From an uncultured Butyrivibrio sp. (GTDB lineage Bacteria; Bacillota; Clostridia; Lachnospirales; Lachnospiraceae), in contig CAMORK010000001.1 in the NCBI GenBank assembly GCA_946623755.1, positions 67,674 through 131,673 on the forward strand: a DNA stretch of 64,000 nt, read 5' to 3'. Both the position numbers and the translations under genes were made by a program. Positions 18,824 through 27,120 of the stretch are shown one piece after another. Numbering within the stretch: position 1 is the first letter of the stretch; every line of letters begins with the position of its first letter. Under the pieces are notes generated by a model that was not told the DNA's origin, did no database searches, and saw only the letters and a program-made list of their open reading frames with translations.

Positions 18824-19657
18824 TCAGCCGCCAAAGAATTCGCTTAAGTCAAACTCTTTTCCCGTGTGGTTGTAATAGATCTCATCATAGCTGCATCCCT
18901 GGTCTTGTGGATTAAAATCCACGTCACGAACGCTCGACATCATAGGATCGTCGTCGGAAATCATGGCATATGCCAGATTGTGGACTTCCCACTCGTAAAC
19001 CATGTCGTCTGCCGTGCGGTAGCTGACCATGTCTTTTCCATGTATCTGATGCTCATCAATCAGGGCCTGACATATGATATACATGTCTGCCTCAACATTA
19101 ATGTCGTAAGAATTCTTGATCTTCCAGTGGTCTGTTGTATAGATTGCCGTGTACTCTTTGCCATCGTAAGTAAATGTATAGTTCTTGCCCTGATCGTCCT
19201 GCGATGTAAGGGCAATGTCTGCTGTGGATGTCAGAAGTCCTGCCTGCGCTGATGAAAAAGCTTTAGATATATCTTCCTGCCCTGAGGCATAATCACCGGC
19301 CTCTTCGATGGCCTGTTTTGCTGCATCCTTGAAGCTCTGCGTTGCCTGCTGTGCCAGATCCTGGGCGCTTTCTGCCGCCTGCTTTGTTGCATCTTTTGCA
19401 ACTTCTTTGGTGGCTTCTTCTATCTTGTCTTTTGACTCATCGATGACCTGACTTGCCAGGCTCTGAGCTGCATCAGTGGCCTGCTGCTTTAGATCGTCTG
19501 CCAGCTGTGATGCCTCGTCTGAACCTGCTTCTATCGCCTGGTCTGCGAGGTCCCCCAGATCGTCCGGGAGCATACTGCAACCAGAGAGTAGAGCTGCTAC
19601 CAGCAATGATGTGATGGCTGTTGTAACAGCCGACTTTTTATATAACTTGTTTTTCAT
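18824..19657 (-). CDS. Lipoprotein with helical repeat stalk and a C-terminal domain of unknown function
   Basis: Lipobox LLSGC; Ala/Gln/Asp-rich helical repeats; C-terminal EWEVHNLAY motif. Confidence 0.78.
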   Translation of the reverse strand: MKNKLYKKSAVTTAITSLLVAALLSGCSMLPDDLGDLADQAIEAGSDEASQLADDLKQQATDAAQSLASQVIDESKDKIEEATKEVAKDATKQAAESAQDLAQQATQSFKDAAKQAIEEAGDYASGQEDISKAFSSAQAGLLTSTADIALTSQDDQGKNYTFTYDGKEYTAIYTTDHWKIKNSYDINVEADMYIICQALIDEHQIHGKDMVSYRTADDMVYEWEVHNLAYAMISDDDPMMSSVRDVDFNPQDQGCSYDEIYYNHTGKEFDLSEFFGG

Positions 19658-19662
19658 TGTTT

Positions 19663-20085
19663 TTAAAGATTATCCTTTATCTTCTGAATCAGTTCCTCAT
19701 ACTCAGCATCTGTCAGGAACTTCTGCTGCGGATTCATCTCAAATACACCGCCCCACTCAAATCCGTCTTTGTACTTGGGAACAAGGTGCATGTGAAGGTG
19801 GCATCCTGTATCGCCGTAGGCGCCGTAGTTGACCTTGTCAGGATTAAATGCCTTGTGGATTGCCTTGGCTGCTCTGTTAACATCTGCAAAGAAAGCATTT
19901 CTCTCTTCATCTGTGATGTCAACGATCTCGCTTACATGATCCTTGTATGCTACGATGCATCTTCCAAGGTGGCTCTGCTCCTTGAACAGGATGAGCTGGC
20001 TCACCTCAAGGTCACATATCTTGATTCCAAACTTTGCAAGAGGTTCTCCTCCTACGCAGTATCCGCAATTGTTGTCTATAGCCAT
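19663..20085 (-). CDS. HIT family hydrolase
   Basis: HLHMHLVP histidine triad; RBS GGAGG. Confidence 0.92.
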   Translation of the reverse strand: MAIDNNCGYCVGGEPLAKFGIKICDLEVSQLILFKEQSHLGRCIVAYKDHVSEIVDITDEERNAFFADVNRAAKAIHKAFNPDKVNYGAYGDTGCHLHMHLVPKYKDGFEWGGVFEMNPQQKFLTDAEYEELIQKIKDNL

Positions 20086-20330
20086 TTTAATATCCTCCGT
20101 TATGTGTTGTGTTTAATGTGTTTTGCTATTCTATTTTACTCTGTTATAGCTGTTGTAAAAAGAGTTTTATATGTGGATTTTGTTTTGGTATTTGTTCTGT
20201 CACGTGTTTCGGTAATGGTCTTGGCGTGGTCTTTACATGGTTTTTCGCCGGGTTCTACTGTCCCTTGATCAAATCAATCACAAAACAGTAGCATCCCTCA
20301 AATGAGTCATGCAAATGCTCTGCCTAATGC

Positions 20331-21077
20331 TTATGTGTTTTTCTTAACCACATAGCTGTTATCCGAATCAAGCACAAGCTCTAAGTCGGCGCTCTTGGAG
20401 TGTTCCAGACAAAGCCTGACGTTTCGCATGTCGCTGAAATCCACGAACTGCTCAGCTTTTTCATGGCTGTTGTCGCTCTTTTCCTTGCGATCGATGAGGC
20501 GTGCTCTTAACATGTCAGAGTCAGCGCTAATCTTGATAGTATAGTCTGCAATGCTTGACAGCTTGTCCCATCCAGGTGCATCAAGGAGAAGGTAGTTGCC
20601 TTCAAGAAGCAGAATATCTGCATCGAGCTTGATAACATCCTCAACCGGATTGTGAAGATGTCTGTCGTATGCAGGCCAGGTTTTCTTTGTGCCTTCCAGA
20701 GCTCCTTCTATACTTACTCTGAGCTTATCAAGATCAAAAGTTTCAGGGCAGCCCTTAACGTCAACCATTCTGACCTCAGCTCCGTCAACTGTCATGGTGT
20801 GCTCTGTCAGATACTCCTGCCTGCGATGAAATCCGTCCATCCCGATGGCCTGTACCTTGTATTCCGGGATGAGATTTTTCGCCAAGCATTCAAGGAAGCT
20901 TACCAGCGTGCTCTTCCCGGCGCCGGGAGGAGCAGCAAGCATAACAAGAATCCTTGCATTTTTGGCCTTTCGCATATCTGAAAGCCTGTGAAGCAGCGGC
21001 TTGAAGATGGTATCGATGCTTTCAGCGCTGTAGCTTGCGTGTACGTCTATCCCGTTGATGTTAACATTGTAATCCAT
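20331..21077 (-). CDS. Nucleoside/pantothenate-kinase-like P-loop kinase (YggC/FrcK-like)
   Basis: APPGAGKST, MDGFH, KGCPETFD, LEGNYLLL. Confidence 0.85.
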   Translation of the reverse strand: MDYNVNINGIDVHASYSAESIDTIFKPLLHRLSDMRKAKNARILVMLAAPPGAGKSTLVSFLECLAKNLIPEYKVQAIGMDGFHRRQEYLTEHTMTVDGAEVRMVDVKGCPETFDLDKLRVSIEGALEGTKKTWPAYDRHLHNPVEDVIKLDADILLLEGNYLLLDAPGWDKLSSIADYTIKISADSDMLRARLIDRKEKSDNSHEKAEQFVDFSDMRNVRLCLEHSKSADLELVLDSDNSYVVKKNT

Positions 21078-21095
21078 GTCATCTCCTGTAATTCA

Positions 21096-21121
21096 AATAA
21101 AGGGCCGACGTTTGTCAGCCC
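21096..21121 (-). terminator. Probable intrinsic terminator after ybaK
   Basis: GGGCCGAC/GTCAGCCC stem next to an A-rich run. Confidence 0.5.
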
Positions 21122-21159
21122 ATAATACAGTTCATTCTTAATTGTATCTGTTTAGCAGA

Positions 21160-21648
21160 CTACTCTGCGTCTGCTTTCACAACATCCGCATACTTAAAGC
21201 CAACCACTGACTGAAGATCTGCAGGTGTAAGTTCAACCTGAAAGCCCACCTTGCCTGCACTCACAAAGATGTGATCATGCTCCTGAGCCGATTCGTGCAC
21301 AAATGTCGGAAACTGCTTCTTCATGCCTACAGGCGAACATCCGCCGTGAACATATCCGGTAAGAGGCAAAAGATCTTTCTGCTTGATCATGGCTATCGCC
21401 TTCTCGCCTGCTGCCTGAGCAGCCTTCTTAAGATCCAGCTCCGCCTTAACCGGAACAACGAACACATAGTACGCTCCGCTCTTAGCCTGCGTAACAAGCG
21501 TCTTAAAAACCTTGTCCGCATCCTCTCCCAGTATCGCTGCAATCTCCTCGCCGGTCATTGTGGCATCCGGCTCGTATGAGTGGCTCTTGTATTCTATTTT
21601 CTTTGAGTCAAGGACTCGCATTACGTTGGTTTTGTCGTCTTTTTTCAT
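21160..21648 (-). CDS. ybaK: Cys-tRNA(Pro) deacylase YbaK/EbsC
   Basis: KTNVMRVLD, VFKTLV, TGYVHGGCSPVGMKK, SAGKVG. Confidence 0.93.
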   Translation of the reverse strand: MKKDDKTNVMRVLDSKKIEYKSHSYEPDATMTGEEIAAILGEDADKVFKTLVTQAKSGAYYVFVVPVKAELDLKKAAQAAGEKAIAMIKQKDLLPLTGYVHGGCSPVGMKKQFPTFVHESAQEHDHIFVSAGKVGFQVELTPADLQSVVGFKYADVVKADAE

Positions 21649-21663
21649 GGTTACTCCGCTACA

Positions 21664-21819
21664 TCATGCGCTTAGTTTTGATTTCATATGCTCATACGCA
21701 GCATGCATCTTCTTGAAAGTATCTGAGTCTCCGCTCTGTCCGTCAGGATGGAAGGTCTTGCAGAGATTCCTGTATCTTGCATTAAGTGTATCAAGATTAT
21801 CGCATCCTGCAAAGACCAT
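21664..21819 (-). pseudogene. C-terminal J-domain fragment (51 aa), probably the tail of a truncated gene
   Basis: Hand translation MVFAGCDNLDTLNARYRNLCKTFHPDGQSGDSDTFKKMHAAYEHMKSKLSA with HPD motif; upstream sequence is an unrelated Rpn fragment. Confidence 0.7.
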
Positions 21820-21827
21820 CTCTTCTA

Positions 21828-21919
21828 CAACAAACGAAGACAAACTCTATGGAATTGACACCTGGGCATGGCTCTTCAAAGCTAAAACATGGGAGGAAAT
21901 TCAGATGATAACATGGTAA
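21828..21919 (+). pseudogene. Short Rpn / PD-(D/E)XK nuclease-family (PDDEXK_2) fragment A
   Basis: TNEDKLYGIDTWAWLFKAKTWEEIQMIT, near-identical to 22875-22942 plus 23033-23050. Confidence 0.75.
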
Positions 21920-21977
21920 AAGAGCTGATGTTTTCCCACTAACTCTAAGAAAGACTGAAGCAAACATCACCTTTCTT

Positions 21978-22029
21978 AGATTGTTACGTTTTCTACTAAG
22001 TGTCAATTATTATTAACGTCATCTTAACA
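21978..22029. repeat. 52-bp direct repeat, copy R1
   Basis: 47/52 identical to 23361-23412; first 29 bp (AGATTGTTACGTTTTCTACTAAGTGTCAA) identical. Confidence 0.92.
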
Positions 22030-22059
22030 AAACACGTTACTCGGCTTATTACTTTACAA

Positions 22060-22365
22060 TTAACTAATAGCATCTGTATACTGTTGCCAATATCTCAGTA
22101 TATACTCATCTGCAACTTCTCCCCGTTGCCATCTCTTGATTTCATTTTCCTCGTCAATAAGCTCCTTTTTCCTTTTGGAATTCTTTGGATCTTCACAGGT
22201 TAATAGAATGAGTTCATGAATTTTATTCATGTATGAATCTGTATAATCTTCTTTAGATACGCCTTTATTATAATTATTACGGGCTCTCACAAGTCTTTTG
22301 ACTTCTCCCTGAACATTTGAGAGTTGCTCTTTAATATCAAGACCATTCCAAATCTCACTCGTCAT
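22060..22365 (-). CDS. Hypothetical helical protein, partner of the DUF5674-like gene
   Basis: RBS AAGGA; 9 nt after the upstream gene; motif EQLSNVQGEVKR...LTCEDPKN. Confidence 0.75.
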   Translation of the reverse strand: MTSEIWNGLDIKEQLSNVQGEVKRLVRARNNYNKGVSKEDYTDSYMNKIHELILLTCEDPKNSKRKKELIDEENEIKRWQRGEVADEYILRYWQQYTDAIS

Positions 22366-22374
22366 TCCTTCACC

Positions 22375-22710
22375 TCATTTTATCCACGTTTTCAAAACAT
22401 CAAACAATTCATCAATAGTTGCCTGATCAGTAAGTTCTCTTCCTCTGCCGATTCCAAGTTCCTTATTTCTACTTATATTTGGATGTGACTCCCACACAAC
22501 CTCAATCGGTTCCTTCATTATGTTGCCTCCAAAAATATCCTTATCATCAGATCCGTCATCGTACAGCTCGTACTCCAGGTCGATGTGCATATCTGCATCA
22601 ATTGCAACTACCTTTCTCTTCCTGTCGAGGCAAAACTTTACCATGTCGTCATAATAATGATTATGCTCTTTCCAAATCTCGTCCAAATCAGTAGGTTTAC
22701 GTATTATCAT
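22375..22710 (-). CDS. DUF5674-like protein
   Basis: MVKFCLD..VVAIDADMHIDLE..GSDDKDIFGGNI..ESHPNI resembles DUF5674 (recalled, not searched); RBS GGAG. Confidence 0.65.
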   Translation of the reverse strand: MIIRKPTDLDEIWKEHNHYYDDMVKFCLDRKRKVVAIDADMHIDLEYELYDDGSDDKDIFGGNIMKEPIEVVWESHPNISRNKELGIGRGRELTDQATIDELFDVLKTWIK

Positions 22711-23008
22711 ATATTTGCTCCAATTTTCTATAAGTAAATACTAAGTACCAGGCACATTTACGAAAGATCACCCGGAGTTCTTCGCCAAATATCAGGTTAG
22801 AAACGCCAAGGACAACTACCTCTATACTAACAAATTCAACCTGTTCGTGGTACAATTAAATAGTACCGACATAGCAACAGATGAAGACAAACTCTATGGA
22901 ATTGACGCCTGGGCCAGGCTCTTCAAAGCAAAAACATGGGAGCTGGTCACCGTTAGCGACCGTATTTTGGTCGGTTACGGTGTCCGTATCCGACCGAGGT
23001 CAAGTAAG

Positions 23009-23032
23009 TATAATCATACAATCAAGGAGGTG
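23009..23032 (+). promoter_or_regulatory. TATAAT -10 element and AAGGAGGTG ribosome-binding site inside the insertion
   Basis: TATAAT at 23009-23014, AAGGAGGTG at 23024-23032, ATG at 23042. Confidence 0.65.
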
Positions 23033-23041
23033 GAAATCAAG

Positions 23042-23308
23042 ATGATCACAAAAGAAAATCCATCACTGACTTCCACTGCTGAAGCCATCTACATGTCAAC
23101 TGCCGATCAGAACATCCTTGAGCAATGCCGTATCCGTGAGGATAACATAGCTCATGAAAAGTATCAGAATGAACTGATATCGTCTCTCTCAAAAGAAAAA
23201 AAAGCTCTTACCAAAGAGAAAAGGGCTCTCACCAAAGAGAACAAATCGCTTTCCAGCGAGAATGCACGCCTCAGAAAGCTTCTCGAGGAAAACGGCATTA
23301 AAGCATAA
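23042..23308 (+). CDS. 88-aa RpnS-like C-terminal product
   Basis: Strong RBS, MITKENPSLT...LLEENGIKA, followed by a terminator-like hairpin. Confidence 0.55.
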   Translation: MITKENPSLTSTAEAIYMSTADQNILEQCRIREDNIAHEKYQNELISSLSKEKKALTKEKRALTKENKSLSSENARLRKLLEENGIKA

Positions 23309-23321
23309 TCACATCCACTCC

Positions 23322-23355
23322 ACCACCCGTCACCTTAGGCAGGTGGTTTTCTTTT
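23322..23355 (+). terminator. Terminator-like hairpin after Rpn fragment B
   Basis: ACCACC...GGTGGT followed by TTTCTTTT. Confidence 0.55.
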
Positions 23356-23360
23356 ACATA

Positions 23361-23412
23361 AGATTGTTACGTTTTCTACTAAGTGTCAACTATGATTAAC
23401 GTCTCGTTAACA
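23361..23412. repeat. 52-bp direct repeat, copy R2
   Basis: 47/52 identical to 21978-22029; contains palindrome TTAACG-TCT-CGTTAA. Confidence 0.92.
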
Positions 23413-23569
23413 GTAAACGGTACCTGTATTTTACTATCTGTTTTAATGCCATATCAGCCTTGAACTGTCCTGGGCAGTGCTGACACTGCACAAGGATTCT
23501 CTTGTGTTCAACATTATTACTTGCTCCGCCAATAACGCTCTGGAGCTCGATTTCATTCATTTTTTTCAT
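23396..23569 (-). CDS. 57-aa peptide with double-glycine (bacteriocin-type) leader and one CxxC; C-terminus runs into repeat R2
   Basis: Hand translation MKKMNEIELQSVIGG|ASNNVEHKRILVQCQHCPGQFKADMALKQIVKYRYRLLLTRR; RBS AAAGGA. Confidence 0.7.
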   Translation of the reverse strand: MKKMNEIELQSVIGGASNNVEHKRILVQCQHCPGQFKADMALKQIVKYRYRLLLTRR

Positions 23570-23650
23570 TTAGTTCTTTCCTTTCATATCAGCGGTCTTT
23601 TTTGTTTTTATTGTCGAATGGTTCTTTCAAATACAACTTCTGTAGCTGTT

Positions 23651-25174
23651 CTATTTGTATAATGTATGGTTCACAGCATCAAACGCTTCATTCCATCTTT
23701 CAAATGATTGCTTATAGATATCTGCATTTATAGGATTGGGTTCATACACTTTTCTAATCCTAACGCATTTTTCTGCGGCTTCAAAGCAATTTGAGTAAAA
23801 TCCTAGTCCAACAGCCGCATACATTGCAGCGCCAAGAGCACCGGCCTCCAGACAATCACAAATTTCAATTTTTCTATTCATTATATCAGCAAACATTTGG
23901 CACCACATAGGACTATTGGTCACGCCTCCTGAAAGCCGAACTGTTTTCACTGGTTGTCCAAATGATTCCTGCATAAGCAAAATATCATACATTTCATAGC
24001 ATATTCCTTCAAGAATTGCATGTGCCAGATCTGATTTCTCAGTGCTTAAGTTGATTCCAAAAAATGTACCTCGCATCGCTTCATTTATTTTTCTTCCATG
24101 TGACCCCTGAAGACAAGTAAGAGCTGTCACACCATTTGAACCAGGAACTGAACGCTCTGCAATTTCTGTCATAAGGCTGTATGGATCAACTCCCATTAGT
24201 TTTGAAGTTGCCACCTCCAAAGGGCATAACTTGTCCCTAAACCATCTGAATGCAGATGCTGCAGTATGCGAAAAAGCTTCAAGTTGCCAATTTCCCATCC
24301 CATGATTACCTTTGACTAGTAAAGTTCTATTAGGATCTCTTGTAGGCTTTTCGACCACAACGTAGCTTCCACCAAATGTACCTACAACCATAGCTGCAAT
24401 CTCTGGTGAAGTTCCGCCCACTCCAAAAGACGAGCAATTCACATCTTGGGCTCCTAAACATATCTTACATCCTGATGGGAGTCCTGTCTTTTCAGATGCC
24501 TCAGGCGTGACATACCCAACTACTTTTCCCGGCTCTATAATTACATCTGGCATAGATAGACCATTACATCCATATGCATTAATCAGCGTTTCACTCCAAA
24601 CATTTCTGTTAACATCGAGCATGGAAATTCTATGCGCTGATGCTATGTCGCATGGATACCCCTCAGCACCTAATAAATGTAAAAAATAGTCTTGGTTTGT
24701 TGCAATACGTTTGACTTTTTTCCATGTTTCTGGTTCGTTTTCTTGAAGCCACACCAAAACACCTGTATTAAAACCACCAATACAGGATCCCTCAAGCTCA
24801 TAATGCTCCTCATCAGATATTCTTGTTTTTATTATTTCATTAACTTCAATATTTCGTAGATCCTGCCATCCAATCATCCTATTGCGCACAACTTGCCCCA
24901 ATTCGTCAAGAAGTATCATTGCAGCTCCCTGAGACGATAGACTTACAGCGCATATATCCTCCAATGGAACCGATGATTTTTTTATAGCATCTTTGCAAAC
25001 CTCAAAAAGCACTTCAGTAATCTGAGATACATCTTGCTCAACATACCCTGGTGCAGGATAATAGGAAGGGTATTCACCATACGCTGATGAAATCAGCGTT
25101 CCACAAGAATCAAAGACACAGACTTTAGTTCCTGTTGTGCCTTCATCAATTCCAACTAGATATTTTTTATTCAT
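23651..25174 (-). CDS. FGGY-family carbohydrate kinase (xylulokinase-like)
   Basis: GIDEGTTGTK, WQDLR, GAQD, ILEGI, SGGVTNSPMWCQMFAD; start MNKK overlaps upstream stop. Confidence 0.9.
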   Translation of the reverse strand: MNKKYLVGIDEGTTGTKVCVFDSCGTLISSAYGEYPSYYPAPGYVEQDVSQITEVLFEVCKDAIKKSSVPLEDICAVSLSSQGAAMILLDELGQVVRNRMIGWQDLRNIEVNEIIKTRISDEEHYELEGSCIGGFNTGVLVWLQENEPETWKKVKRIATNQDYFLHLLGAEGYPCDIASAHRISMLDVNRNVWSETLINAYGCNGLSMPDVIIEPGKVVGYVTPEASEKTGLPSGCKICLGAQDVNCSSFGVGGTSPEIAAMVVGTFGGSYVVVEKPTRDPNRTLLVKGNHGMGNWQLEAFSHTAASAFRWFRDKLCPLEVATSKLMGVDPYSLMTEIAERSVPGSNGVTALTCLQGSHGRKINEAMRGTFFGINLSTEKSDLAHAILEGICYEMYDILLMQESFGQPVKTVRLSGGVTNSPMWCQMFADIMNRKIEICDCLEAGALGAAMYAAVGLGFYSNCFEAAEKCVRIRKVYEPNPINADIYKQSFERWNEAFDAVNHTLYK

Positions 25175-25910
25175 AGAAAGGGACTCCTTTCTTTTCATCT
25201 AAATTTAAAATTGCCTCCATCAGCAATAAATCTTCAGGATTAGTTATTTTTAGGTTTAATTCTGAATCTTCAGTGAAATAGATACGCTTTCCATAATCGC
25301 AATACAACGTATTCGTAAATACGTTTCCAGTTATTCCCTTATTTTCTGCAAAAGCCCTATTATATAGCTGAAAACACTCACCAAATTTGAATGCGTATGG
25401 AACAGTGCAAAGCATCAATTTGTCTCTATCGATTTGTTTAACAGATGTTTTTCTGTCTTCTGTAATGTATGAAGAGTACACGATTGGTCTTGCTGTGCAT
25501 CCATTCCCATTCTTTTGAGCAGAATCGATACATTTATTCATAATCTTCACATTAGCAAGTGGGTAAGACGACATATGTATCAGGATAATATCTTCATCAG
25601 TTATTTTGTTTTTTAGAAACTGTAACCCCTTCCATGTGGACTCCTGACAAGATGATCCACCTTCAACAACCCATTTGGCCTTATCAAAACCATATTTATT
25701 TACTATTTCTTTTACTTCATCGATGTACTCGGTTTTACAAACAATAATTATGCTGTCTATTATCGGATTTTGTGTCATAGCTACTAAGGGGTAATAAATA
25801 ATGGGTTTTCCACACACTTGTAGAAATTGTTTAGGTATACTCCCCCCCATTCTTACGCCACTACCAGCAGCAAGAAGAATACCATATACCTTGTTTTTTC
25901 TATTATTCAT
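25167..25910 (-). CDS. IspD/TarI-family polyol-phosphate cytidylyltransferase
   Basis: LAAGSGVRMGGSIPKQF, NLKITNPED. Confidence 0.88.
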   Translation of the reverse strand: MNNRKNKVYGILLAAGSGVRMGGSIPKQFLQVCGKPIIYYPLVAMTQNPIIDSIIIVCKTEYIDEVKEIVNKYGFDKAKWVVEGGSSCQESTWKGLQFLKNKITDEDIILIHMSSYPLANVKIMNKCIDSAQKNGNGCTARPIVYSSYITEDRKTSVKQIDRDKLMLCTVPYAFKFGECFQLYNRAFAENKGITGNVFTNTLYCDYGKRIYFTEDSELNLKITNPEDLLLMEAILNLDEKKGVPFYE

Positions 25911-25976
25911 AATTATCTTTCATTTATCTCCTTTATCGCAGACAGAATTATTATGCCGAAACATTGAATCAGTATT

Positions 25977-27053
25977 CTAGTATTTTCCTGTAGACCTATT
26001 AAAAAATATCCTTCCGCTAGTATCAACTTCTCCATAATCTTCAAATGGAAAAAGAAATTCCTTTAGCTCATCACTAATTATTTTTATATCATTTTTATAT
26101 TGAGGGTATTTTTTTATGAGCTGTGTATTTGCAATTGATTTTTGCGGATTAAAAAACTCATATTTTCTAACATTTCGTTCCAACCCGCAAAACTCTTCAA
26201 CTATACTCACAGTTTTATCATATTCATAGATAAAACTCTCCATGTTCAGCATAAGAATATTACTATTATCTTTCCAATACACTTTTTCTCTAAGTTTTCG
26301 ATAAAAAGAGATAAACTTGTCCACATCATCAGCTGGTATTTGGTATCCGTTATTATATAGCAATCTAGCTGCCTTAAAAGCTATATAAACATCCCTTGGA
26401 TCTCTGTCTATGATTATGGCTTTAGCATCATCTCCGAAATACTTCATGCTAGCCAACGGATTTGTTGCTGAAAAAGGTTGGTCAAGTAACACTTTACCTT
26501 CAACATCCATGCCAAATGCCTTTATTATCTCATTGATATAAGCATTTGCCTTGGACGAAAAATCCAGATCATCCATTGCAAACTTATACTCGTGTAACCC
26601 CCAAGTGTGTTCAGTATTCTTATAAAGCAAACCTCTCTTTTTTAGTTTTCCTCCAATGGTCCACATTGGACGATTTAGATTTTTTGATCTAAATTGCTTT
26701 CCTTTCCCAAATAACTGATAGTCTAATGCGCTTCCGCCTTGGTATGTAATCTGAGCTATATCATCAATAAAACAGTTTGTAGCTTTTGAAATCTTTTCCC
26801 AAACATTCTTATCAAAAGATGAATCGTACAGCGCATTGTAATATGCCTTTTTAAATCGCTCTATAGCAACAACAGAAGACATATGTTTAATTCTGTGTGT
26901 ATTGATTTGGTATTCAAGATCCTCAAGTCCATCTGGATAATACGAAATCATAAACTCAAAGAAATCTAATGGTTGTATTTCTTCATATTCTTTCAACAAA
27001 TCTGTAACAAGGCTACTACCAGTTCCAATATATCCACATGCGCCAATTATCAT
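25977..27053 (-). CDS. P-loop sulfotransferase-fold protein
   Basis: N-terminal GYIGTGSS loop, LLDQ, RDPRDVY (3'-PB-like motif). Confidence 0.7.
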   Translation of the reverse strand: MIIGACGYIGTGSSLVTDLLKEYEEIQPLDFFEFMISYYPDGLEDLEYQINTHRIKHMSSVVAIERFKKAYYNALYDSSFDKNVWEKISKATNCFIDDIAQITYQGGSALDYQLFGKGKQFRSKNLNRPMWTIGGKLKKRGLLYKNTEHTWGLHEYKFAMDDLDFSSKANAYINEIIKAFGMDVEGKVLLDQPFSATNPLASMKYFGDDAKAIIIDRDPRDVYIAFKAARLLYNNGYQIPADDVDKFISFYRKLREKVYWKDNSNILMLNMESFIYEYDKTVSIVEEFCGLERNVRKYEFFNPQKSIANTQLIKKYPQYKNDIKIISDELKEFLFPFEDYGEVDTSGRIFFNRSTGKY

Positions 27054-27120
27054 TACTTACTCGTCTCCTTCTATTCACCTGTTACTGTTTCACCTATACA
27101 TATATTCCGATACTATAATG

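Larger units (their letters stand above)
22745..23308 (+). pseudogene. 5'-truncated Rpn / PDDEXK_2 gene (fragment B) carrying a 90-bp in-frame insertion
   Basis: DHPEFFAKYQVRN..NKFNLFVVQL..ATDEDKLYGIDAWARLFKAKTWE; in-frame stop at 22742; catalytic N-terminus missing; coiled-coil tail. Confidence 0.8.
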
